Below are positions 18,062-26,371 of a stretch of DNA of 35,124 nt, piece by piece. Each line of letters opens with the position of its first letter. Position 1 is the stretch's first letter. This DNA is from a virus (Duplodnaviria > Heunggongvirae > Uroviricota > Caudoviricetes), in IMG/VR virus record IMGVR_UViG_2690316269_000012; one strand, written 5' to 3'. A model generated the notes under the pieces. That model worked only from the letters and a program-made list of their open reading frames with translations. It searched no databases and had not been told where the DNA came from. A program made the position numbers and the translations under genes.

Positions 18062-18918
18062 CCAGTAAGAACTTTGCACTGATTACAGCCATGACACAGG
18101 CTGAACTGACTCAAAAGGTGAATGAACATCTTGCGAAAGGGTGGCATCTTCAGGGGGAGACGCGGGTTGCCTACGAACCCGGCACCCCGTGGTATCTAAT
18201 GCAGGCAATGGTGGCCGATGGCACTACAGACATCTCACCTGATTCCCCCCAGCACGGCAGCGTGCCGGAGTGGTATTACGTGGTGGTACTTGCTGGTCAA
18301 TCCAATGCCATGTCATATGGTGAGGGAATGCCGCTGCCGGATTCTTACGATGCGCCCCACCCACGCATTAAGCAACTGGCCCGTCGCAACACAGTGACTC
18401 CCGGTGGTAAAGCATGCGCATTTAACGACATCATTCCGGCAGATCACTGCCTGCATGATGTTCAGGATATGAGCGCACTGAATCACCCGAATGCAGACCT
18501 GAGCAAAGGGCAGTATGGCTGTGTCGGACAGGGCTTGCATATTGCCAAACGCCTGTTGCCTTACATTCCACAGAATGCCGGGATTTTACTGGTTCCATGC
18601 TGTCGTGGTGGTTCGGCATTCACCCAGACCACAGACGGCAAACTGAATCTGATGCATCACAAGAAAGCAGGAAACACAAAGTTGGGCGAGTTCGGGAATT
18701 ACAGTAACGACTGGCAGACGCTGGAGCTGGTGTTCACCGCCAGCAGTGCCACGGTTACTCCGAAACTGAATGGAGTGGCTGGCCCGGCATTCCAGGTCAT
18801 AAAAGACAGTCTGACACTGGGGCTGAATGCACTGACGCTGACGGATATTACCAAAAATGCAACGTATGGCGTTGAGATAGAAAGTCTGGTGCTGGAAATA
18901 AATAGTCCTGCAGCGTAA
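18058..18918 (+). CDS. DUF1737-like N-terminus plus SASA/SGNH-type esterase-like domain (NanS-p-like cargo)
   Basis: 286 aa; GQSN motif (VVLAGQSNAMSYGEG) as in sialate O-acetylesterase-type esterases; ATGA overlap with lysC; absent from canonical P2 lysis-R junction. Confidence 0.6.
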   Translation: MTSKNFALITAMTQAELTQKVNEHLAKGWHLQGETRVAYEPGTPWYLMQAMVADGTTDISPDSPQHGSVPEWYYVVVLAGQSNAMSYGEGMPLPDSYDAPHPRIKQLARRNTVTPGGKACAFNDIIPADHCLHDVQDMSALNHPNADLSKGQYGCVGQGLHIAKRLLPYIPQNAGILLVPCCRGGSAFTQTTDGKLNLMHHKKAGNTKLGEFGNYSNDWQTLELVFTASSATVTPKLNGVAGPAFQVIKDSLTLGLNALTLTDITKNATYGVEIESLVLEINSPAA

Positions 18919-18941
18919 GGAAGAACAGGAGAGCAAAACAG

Positions 18942-19409
18942 ATGCTTAAGACAAACAGCCTCCGGAAGGGCATGATTCATGGGTGTCGCTGGTGTCAGGC
19001 CAACCCGGAAAAATTCACCATTTTCGTGGAGAGCGGCAACATTGAAACGACCGGAGAAACGCCCTCGTTTGTTTACCGCTATCAGATGGTGATGTTTGTC
19101 ATGGATTACGCCGGGGAGCTGGACGACCTCACGCTGCCGCTACTGGCGTGGTTATCCGAAAATCAGCCGCAATTGTTGCTTAATCCGGAGCGTAATCAGG
19201 ACATCAAATTCTCCGCCGTTATCAATGACGATGACAGCGCCGATCTCCTGTTTACGCTCCCTCTGCGGGAACGCGTTCGCATCACGCGCAGCAGTCAGGG
19301 GGCACCGCAGGCAGAACACCTGCAGGAGCCAAAACCCCGTCTGCCATCTTCCGAAGGCGACTGGTCGCATGTATTCCAGGATGTGACGTGGGGTGAAAGC
19401 GATGGATAA
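18942..19409 (+). CDS. R: tail completion protein R
   Basis: 155 aa, same length as P2 R; position. Confidence 0.82.
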   Translation: MLKTNSLRKGMIHGCRWCQANPEKFTIFVESGNIETTGETPSFVYRYQMVMFVMDYAGELDDLTLPLLAWLSENQPQLLLNPERNQDIKFSAVINDDDSADLLFTLPLRERVRITRSSQGAPQAEHLQEPKPRLPSSEGDWSHVFQDVTWGESDG

Positions 19410-20037
19410 GGCATTCACCCGCGTGGATGAAACCTTTGAGGCTATCCGCGACAGCCTGAATCAGCAGGCCATCAATAACATCGCCAGAAAGCTGGCACAG
19501 GATTTACGCCGCGCCCAGCAGGCGCGTATCCGGTCACAGAAAGCGCCGGACGGGACCGCGTGGACACCACGCAGACGCCGCGTAACCCGGATACAGGAGC
19601 GCATTCGCTTTATCTGGAATAACGAAGCACGCACGCTGAAAAACTGGCATCACGACACGGGGAAATACGGGCGAACCATTACCGGGTGGGATGAGGATAA
19701 AAACAATATCCGCACGTTTTACCGGGATGACATCGACCGCTTTCTGGAAATACGCACCCGGCGCATCAACCAGGACAGCACAAAGCGCGTCCCCATGTTC
19801 GTAAAACTGCGCACCGCCCGCTACCTGAAAGCCCGTGCAGATGCTTCCGGTGTGACGGTGGGTTACAGCGGCGTGGCCGCACGTATTGCCCGCGTTCATC
19901 AGTTCGGTGAGCGCGATCAGGTTGCGCCGGGCATTTTCACCGATTACCCGGTACGTGAGCTGTTGGGCATCAGTCAGGCAGATGAACGCCTGATTTATAA
20001 CACGGTGCTGGGCCGGATTGCGGAGGCTGTACGGTGA
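19402..20037 (+). CDS. S: tail completion / virion morphogenesis protein S
   Basis: 211 aa from ATG at 19402 overlapping R stop; longer than P2 S (about 150 aa). Confidence 0.8.
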   Translation: MDKAFTRVDETFEAIRDSLNQQAINNIARKLAQDLRRAQQARIRSQKAPDGTAWTPRRRRVTRIQERIRFIWNNEARTLKNWHHDTGKYGRTITGWDEDKNNIRTFYRDDIDRFLEIRTRRINQDSTKRVPMFVKLRTARYLKARADASGVTVGYSGVAARIARVHQFGERDQVAPGIFTDYPVRELLGISQADERLIYNTVLGRIAEAVR

Positions 20038-20615
20038 GCGCAGAACTCATGCGACTGCTGAGCAACATCATCCGCACTGGGATCATCTCTGAAGTTGATG
20101 AGAAGTCCTGGTGCGTGCGCGTTCGCAGCGGCGAACTGGAAACAGGCTGGTTGCGCTGGAACACCACGCGCGCGGGAGCCTTCAATGTGTGGCTGCCGCC
20201 ATCACCCGGCGAACAGGTGGTAATTGCCTGCATTGGCGGCAACCCGGAAACCGCCATGATAATTGGCAGCCTGTGGAGTGATGCCAATCCGGCCCCCGGC
20301 AAAAGCCTGAAAGAAATCGTGGTCAGCGCGCCGGATGGCGCGGTGTTCCGCTACGACGCGGACGCAGGCGCACTGAGCGCCAGCGGCATGAAAACGGCCA
20401 CCCTGCAGGCATCCGTCAGTGTGACACTGGACACGCCCGTCGTGGAATGCACAGACCTTCTGAGAACGGCGACGCTTGACGTCACAAAAGGGGGAAAGAT
20501 GAGCGGCAATATCACGCACAGCGGCGGCAATTTCACCTCAAACGGCATCACAGTGCATACGCATAAACACGGTGGCGTGAAAGGTGGCAGCGATTCGACA
20601 GGAGGCCCGCAGTGA
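20034..20615 (+). CDS. V: baseplate spike protein V
   Basis: 193 aa; GTGA overlap with S; position. Confidence 0.82.
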   Translation: MSAELMRLLSNIIRTGIISEVDEKSWCVRVRSGELETGWLRWNTTRAGAFNVWLPPSPGEQVVIACIGGNPETAMIIGSLWSDANPAPGKSLKEIVVSAPDGAVFRYDADAGALSASGMKTATLQASVSVTLDTPVVECTDLLRTATLDVTKGGKMSGNITHSGGNFTSNGITVHTHKHGGVKGGSDSTGGPQ

Positions 20616-20962
20616 CAACCCGCTACACAGGAATGAACCCGGACGGAACGGGAAACCTGAACGATATGGAGCATCTGAAACAGTCAGTCAGGGACATCCT
20701 GACCACCCCGCTGGCAAGCCGGGTTATGCGACGGGAATATGGCAGCCTTGTGCCCGATTTAATTGACGAACCCATGAATAACACCACTCGTCTGCAATGC
20801 ATGAGTGCTGCCGTGATTGCGCTGACACGATGGGAACCCCGCATTGCCCTGGACGCCATCGACGTTGTCTGGAAGGCAGGAGGCCGCGCCGGGGTGACGC
20901 TGTCGGGCACTGTCATGCAGACCATGCAGAATGTTGAATTAACCATCACGCTGAGGGAGTAA
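20612..20962 (+). CDS. W: baseplate protein W
   Basis: 116 aa; size as P2 W. Confidence 0.82.
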   Translation: MTTRYTGMNPDGTGNLNDMEHLKQSVRDILTTPLASRVMRREYGSLVPDLIDEPMNNTTRLQCMSAAVIALTRWEPRIALDAIDVVWKAGGRAGVTLSGTVMQTMQNVELTITLRE

Positions 20963-20965
20963 ATC

Positions 20966-21862
20966 ATGCCTGCCGTTGACCTTTCCCAGTTACCGGAACC
21001 CGCCATCATCGCGGAGCCTGACTTTGAGGCAATTCTGGCTGACACAAAGGCCATGATGATTGCGTCCTATCCTGTCGAACAGCGTGAAGCCGTCTCCGCC
21101 GCGCTGGAGCTGGAATCGGAACCCCTGAACGTTATCGCCCAGACAACAGCGTTTCGTGAAATGCTGTTACGCCAGCGGGTCAATGAGGGGGCACGCGCCT
21201 GCATGTTAAGCCACAGCGCCGGGACAGACCTGGACAACCTCGCGGGCAATATGAACACAAAGCGCCTGACCATCACTCCGGCAACGGATACCACCGACGC
21301 AGTGATGGAAAGTGACACCTCGCTGAGACTGCGGGCGCAGCGGGCGTACGATGGCCTGAGTGTTGCTGGCCCGTCAGGTGCATACGAGTATTTTGCCCGC
21401 AGCGCCAGCGGTCTGGTGCGTGATGCGCGGGCTATCAGTCCGTCTCCGGCAAATGTGACGGTTTCCATCCTGTCCACTGAAGGCGACGGCACAGCAACGG
21501 AGGCGTTGCTTAATACCGTTCGCGCCGTTCTGAATGCAGAGGATACCCGCCCGGTGGCCGACCGCCTGACGGTACAGAGCGCCAGAATCGTGACATGGCG
21601 GCTGAATGCAAAACTGTACTTTTACCCCGGCCCGGAATCCGAACCTATTCTGGCGGCGGCTGAATCGTCGTTCAGGAAGTGGCTGGCTGAGCAGGGGCTT
21701 ATCGGTCAGGACGTGGCGTTGTCCGCCATTGCTGCCGCACTGCATGTGCACGGTGTGCAACGCGTGGAGATAATCGAACCCACACAGAATATGGCCATCA
21801 GCGACATACAGGCGGCGCGCTGTGAGTCGTTCACCATCAGCGAAGGTGGGCGCAATGAGTAA
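20966..21862 (+). CDS. J: baseplate protein J
   Basis: 298 aa; size as P2 J. Confidence 0.85.
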   Translation: MPAVDLSQLPEPAIIAEPDFEAILADTKAMMIASYPVEQREAVSAALELESEPLNVIAQTTAFREMLLRQRVNEGARACMLSHSAGTDLDNLAGNMNTKRLTITPATDTTDAVMESDTSLRLRAQRAYDGLSVAGPSGAYEYFARSASGLVRDARAISPSPANVTVSILSTEGDGTATEALLNTVRAVLNAEDTRPVADRLTVQSARIVTWRLNAKLYFYPGPESEPILAAAESSFRKWLAEQGLIGQDVALSAIAAALHVHGVQRVEIIEPTQNMAISDIQAARCESFTISEGGRNE

Positions 21863-22385
21863 TTCACTGTTACCACCATCAGCCAGCAGTTTCATGCGTT
21901 GTGCCGAAGCTGTCGGAACGCGCATTACAGACATCCCGGTAGACCTCAACACGCTGTGGTCGCCGGACACCTGCCCGGTGCACCTGCTGCCTTATCTCGC
22001 CTGGGCATTTTCCGTTGACCGCTGGGATCGCAACTGGCCGGAAGAGACAAAACGACAGGTGATTCGTGATGCATGGCTGATACACCGACACAAAGGGACC
22101 ATCAGCGCACTGCGCAGGGCCATTGAGCCGCTGGGATACCTCATTCGCGTGTCTGAGTGGTGGGAGTTCGGCGGAGAACCGGGAACATTTACCGTTGAAG
22201 TCGGCACACTGGACAGTGGCGTGACGGAGGAAATGTATCTGGAAATGGAGCGGTTGATTGCTGATGCCCGTCCGGTCAGCCGCCACATGACAGGGCTGAA
22301 TATCATTCAGGAAATTCCGGGGGATATTTTTGCAGCGGCGGCAACTCATGACGGTGAAGTTATTACCATTTATCCGGACGATTAA
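21855..22385 (+). CDS. I: baseplate protein I
   Basis: 176 aa from ATG at 21855, same length as P2 I. Confidence 0.82.
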   Translation: MSNSLLPPSASSFMRCAEAVGTRITDIPVDLNTLWSPDTCPVHLLPYLAWAFSVDRWDRNWPEETKRQVIRDAWLIHRHKGTISALRRAIEPLGYLIRVSEWWEFGGEPGTFTVEVGTLDSGVTEEMYLEMERLIADARPVSRHMTGLNIIQEIPGDIFAAAATHDGEVITIYPDD

Positions 22386-22387
22386 GC

Positions 22388-24520
22388 ATGAGTACCACAA
22401 CACGAAAATTTAAAACCGTTATCACCGATACAGGTGCAAAAAAATTAGCTCAGGCAGCCGCGCCAGATGGTAAGCCTGTCCGCCTGACTCATATGGCCGT
22501 GGGCGACGGTGGCGGCGCGTTGCCCACACCAGACAGTAAGCAGACCCGTCTGGTGCATGAGGTGTGGCGACACACTGTTAATCGCGTCATCCTGGACGCA
22601 ACACATCAGAACCGCATTATTGCGGAGCTGGTTATTCCTCCAGAAACGGGCGGATTCTGGATCCGGGAAATTGGTGTGTTTGATGAGCACGGCGATTTAA
22701 TCGCGGTGGGCAATACTGCCGAAAGTTACAAGCCAGCCGTTGCCGAAGGGTCCGGACGTGCACAAACATTTCGCACCATTCTGACCGTATCCAGCACTGC
22801 CACTGTGGCGCTTACCGTGGATAACACCATGGTGATGGCCACAGTGGATTACGTGGATAACAAACTGAAAGAGCATGAACAGTCACGATGTCACCCGGAT
22901 GCCTCGCTGACCGCAAAAGGCTTTGTTCAACTCAGTAGCGCCACTAACAGCGATTCTGAAACGCTGGCTGCAACGCCGAAAGCGGTTAAGGTCGCGTATG
23001 ATCTTGCTAACGGAAAATATACAGCGCAGGATGCCACAACAGCGCGAAAAGGCCTTGTCCAGCTTAGTAGTGCAACCAACAGTACATCTGAAACGCTGGC
23101 GGCAACATCAAATGCAGTAAAAGCTGCCTATGACAATGCTGAAAAACGTCTGCAGAAAGCTAAGAATGGTGAGGATATCTCTGATAAAGACACCTTTACG
23201 AAAAATATCGGTGCCTGCCGTGCATATAGTGCAGAGCTGAATATTGGTGGAGATAGTGAAGCATGGACAACTGCGCAGTTGATTTTTTGGCTAGAGAGTC
23301 AGGGGGCATTTAACCATCCTTACTGGATGTGCAAAGGCTCATGGGCTTATGCAAATAATAAGGTCATTACAGATACAGGTTGCGGAAGTATTTGTCTTGC
23401 AGGTGCTGTTGTGGAAGTTATTGGCACCCGCGGCGCAATGACCATACGCATTACCACACCGAGTACATCCAGCGGTGAAGGCATCCCTAATGCTCAATTT
23501 ACTTATATTAATCATGGTGATGCTTATGCTCCTGGCTGGCGAAGGGACTATAACTCCAGGAATAAGCCAACAGCATCAGAGATCGGGGCGTTACCGTCAG
23601 ATGGGACAGCAGTATCGTCAGTTAATCTGGCTTCAAAAGGTCGGCTGACCGCTCTGACAGATAATATGCAGGGGGCCACAGGTCTGGAGTTATACGAGGC
23701 GTATAACAACGGATATCCAACAACGTATGGAAATATCATTCACCTGAAAGGGATGACAGCCGTTGGCGAAGGCGAATTACTCATCGGCTGGAGTGGTATA
23801 AGCGGTGCTCATGCTCCGGCATTTATTCGTTCACGACGGGATACGACCGACGCAAACTGGTCGCCGTGGGCGCAGCTTTACACCTCGGCTCATCCTCCTG
23901 AAGAGTTTTATCCAGTCGGTGCACCGATTCCGTGGCCATCAGATACCGTTCCGTCTGGTTATGCCCTGATGCAGGGGCAGACTTTTGACAAATCTGCATA
24001 CCCGAAACTTGCAGTCGCTTATCCGTCAGGCGTTATTCCTGATATGCGTGGCTGGACGATTAAGGGCAAGCCCGGCAGTGGTCGTGCCGTATTGTCTCAG
24101 GAACAGGACGGCATTAAATCGCACACCCACAGCGCCAGCGCATCCAGTACGGATTTGGGGACGAAAACCACATCGTCGTTTGATTACGGTACTAAAACGA
24201 CCAGTTCATTTGATTACGGCACAAAAACTACGAATAGCGCTGGAAATCATTCACACAATATACCTGTTGGTCACACTGGCGCGGGGAATGGTGTATCAGC
24301 CGGTTATAACGCTGCGTTAGGTACTGGTACCACGTCGAGCGCAGGCGAGCATGCTCACAATGTATATATCGGTGCCCATAACCACACTATCGGCATTGGT
24401 GCTCATGCCCATTCTGTCATTATTGGTCCCCACGGACACACCATCACCGTTAACGCTACGGGTAACGAAGAAAACACCGTAAAAAACATCGCATTTAACT
24501 ATATTGTGAGGCTTGCATAA
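22388..24520 (+). CDS. H: tail fibre protein H
   Basis: 710 aa; repeated [16 protein letters not shown] motifs and C-terminal His-rich repeats typical of tail-fibre tips. Confidence 0.88.
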   Translation: MSTTTRKFKTVITDTGAKKLAQAAAPDGKPVRLTHMAVGDGGGALPTPDSKQTRLVHEVWRHTVNRVILDATHQNRIIAELVIPPETGGFWIREIGVFDEHGDLIAVGNTAESYKPAVAEGSGRAQTFRTILTVSSTATVALTVDNTMVMATVDYVDNKLKEHEQSRCHPDASLTAKGFVQLSSATNSDSETLAATPKAVKVAYDLANGKYTAQDATTARKGLVQLSSATNSTSETLAATSNAVKAAYDNAEKRLQKAKNGEDISDKDTFTKNIGACRAYSAELNIGGDSEAWTTAQLIFWLESQGAFNHPYWMCKGSWAYANNKVITDTGCGSICLAGAVVEVIGTRGAMTIRITTPSTSSGEGIPNAQFTYINHGDAYAPGWRRDYNSRNKPTASEIGALPSDGTAVSSVNLASKGRLTALTDNMQGATGLELYEAYNNGYPTTYGNIIHLKGMTAVGEGELLIGWSGISGAHAPAFIRSRRDTTDANWSPWAQLYTSAHPPEEFYPVGAPIPWPSDTVPSGYALMQGQTFDKSAYPKLAVAYPSGVIPDMRGWTIKGKPGSGRAVLSQEQDGIKSHTHSASASSTDLGTKTTSSFDYGTKTTSSFDYGTKTTNSAGNHSHNIPVGHTGAGNGVSAGYNAALGTGTTSSAGEHAHNVYIGAHNHTIGIGAHAHSVIIGPHGHTITVNATGNEENTVKNIAFNYIVRLA

Positions 24521-25098
24521 TGACATTCAGAATGAGTGAACACTCACGGACCATAAAAATTTATAATCTACTGACCGGAACCAATGAGTTTATTGGTGAA
24601 GGTGATGCATACATTCCACCTCATACAGGTCTGCCTGCAAACAGTACCGATATTGCCCCGCCAGATATTCCGGCTGGCTTCGTGGCCGTTTTCAACAGTG
24701 ATGAGGCATCGTGGCATCTCGTTGAAGACCATCGGGGTAAAACGGTTTATGACGTGGCATCAGGGGACTCGTTATTTATTTCTGAACTCGGTCCATTACC
24801 GGAAAATGTTACCTGGTTGTCGCCGTATGGAGAGTATCAGAAGTGGAACGGCACATCCTGGGTGAAAGATGCAGAAGCAGAAAAACTGTTTCGGATAAGG
24901 GAGGCGGAAGAAACAAAAAACAGCCTGATGCAGGTAGCCAGCGAGCATATTGCGCCACTTCAGGATGCCGTAGATTTGGATATTGCAACGGAGGAAGAGG
25001 CATCGTTACTGGCTGCATGGAAGACATACCGGGTATTGTTGAATCGTGTTAATACAGCGGTAGCAGCGGATGTTGAGTGGCCAGTCGCCCCACAATAA
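24520..25098 (+). CDS. G: tail fibre assembly chaperone G
   Basis: 192 aa; ATGA overlap with H; position. Confidence 0.8.
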   Translation: MTFRMSEHSRTIKIYNLLTGTNEFIGEGDAYIPPHTGLPANSTDIAPPDIPAGFVAVFNSDEASWHLVEDHRGKTVYDVASGDSLFISELGPLPENVTWLSPYGEYQKWNGTSWVKDAEAEKLFRIREAEETKNSLMQVASEHIAPLQDAVDLDIATEEEASLLAAWKTYRVLLNRVNTAVAADVEWPVAPQ

Positions 25099-25104
25099 AG
25101 AGAA

Positions 25105-25134
25105 AAAGCCATCGATTGAAATATAGATGGCTTT
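25105..25134. terminator. bidirectional hairpin terminator between convergent G and acetyltransferase
   Basis: 9-bp stem AAAGCCATC/GATGGCTTT; T-run follows on the minus strand (TTTTTCTCT). Confidence 0.5.
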
Positions 25135-25141
25135 ATGTACT

Positions 25142-25747
25142 CTATTTATACAATACAACACCGCTCTTTTTAGTTATATATGTGCAGTTCGATGGTATAT
25201 CTTTATTTATAAAAGACATTGCACCTATTTTTACATTATCCCCAATTTTACGTGATAATCCAATGATGCAACAATTAGCTCCGATATCAACGTTACTACC
25301 AATTTTTACTCTTGAACCAGGCATGTCACCATCTATCTGTCCAATGGTAGTATTCTGTCGTAACACCAGATTTTCACCAGCATCAACAGCAAAATGAACA
25401 ACAATTCCAGCATGATGGGGAATTGTTAACCCTTTTCCAATATTTGCGCCCAATCCAATTTCACAACCAAATTTGTTAATTATTTTACTGTTTAACTTTT
25501 TGGCTGCTTTCTTATGTAATTTATTACCATTAATATACATTTCGTTAGCCAACCGCCACCAGAAAAGGAAATTCCGGTTACGCTGTTTTTTCTCTCTTAA
25601 AAGCCTCCAGATATCCATACGTTTCCGCCGAATTACTTCATATTTCCAGAAGTTTTTTAAATTAGTAGAGTCCCCAAATAAAACAAAGTGAATTGCCATT
25701 AAGTAAGACAGCACGATAATCTCCTTAATTATTATTTCAGACCACAC
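25142..25747 (-). CDS. hexapeptide-repeat (left-handed beta-helix) O-acetyltransferase, CysE/WcaB-like (cargo)
   Basis: 201 aa; tandem hexapeptide repeats (IGANIGKGLTI, IGSNVDIGANCCIIG, IGDNVKIGAMSFI); strongly AT-rich island 25100..25860. Confidence 0.75.
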   Translation of the reverse strand: MWSEIIIKEIIVLSYLMAIHFVLFGDSTNLKNFWKYEVIRRKRMDIWRLLREKKQRNRNFLFWWRLANEMYINGNKLHKKAAKKLNSKIINKFGCEIGLGANIGKGLTIPHHAGIVVHFAVDAGENLVLRQNTTIGQIDGDMPGSRVKIGSNVDIGANCCIIGLSRKIGDNVKIGAMSFINKDIPSNCTYITKKSGVVLYK

Positions 25748-25870
25748 ATATTATAAGGTTAAGAGATTATAAAATCCTGTTGTTTGTTATTCAAAAACAA
25801 TTTTCTGAGAAGGACATACAACAGCAAGTCGCCAGTCACCTTCATCAGGAAATTGGCGACATACGTTAAA

Positions 25871-26365
25871 TCAGAGCAGCCCCTTAACTGAGCTGGTCGC
25901 GCTATTAAGGGATGATGTCACCTTATCTTTGAAGCCGGACAACATATCGCTGAACGATGAGGATTGCAGGCGCTCCCGCAAATCCTCATCACAGCGTTCA
26001 AGAGTCAGTGAAAATTCTATCTTTTTCGCCTTACCGTAGCGATCAAACTCGGAGCGGGTCGTATTCGTTTCGGTCAGGACATACATGCCGTAAATCTGCC
26101 CGACGCCATCAATCAGAGGCCAGGGCCGTCCTGTATACGCCTGCGTGGTCAGCAGAGACAGCGACACTTCGCCACCTGTAATTTCAGGATAAAGCACACC
26201 AGAAAGAACGATGCGATCATCACCTGCACCGATATACTGCCAGCTTGCTGAACGGTTAACGCGTTCATTTTTCACATGCCGCCAGCTTTTGTTTTGCTGT
26301 AACTGCTGATGCGGCAGCGTGCGCAGCTCAAAAACAAACATGCCATAGATCATCATCATGGCCAT
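25871..26365 (-). CDS. U: tail protein U
   Basis: 164 aa; MIYGMFVF...LYPEITGG...WPLIDGVGQIYGMYV resembles P2 U. Confidence 0.88.
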   Translation of the reverse strand: MAMMMIYGMFVFELRTLPHQQLQQNKSWRHVKNERVNRSASWQYIGAGDDRIVLSGVLYPEITGGEVSLSLLTTQAYTGRPWPLIDGVGQIYGMYVLTETNTTRSEFDRYGKAKKIEFSLTLERCDEDLRERLQSSSFSDMLSGFKDKVTSSLNSATSSVKGLL

Positions 26366-26371
26366 GACTCC

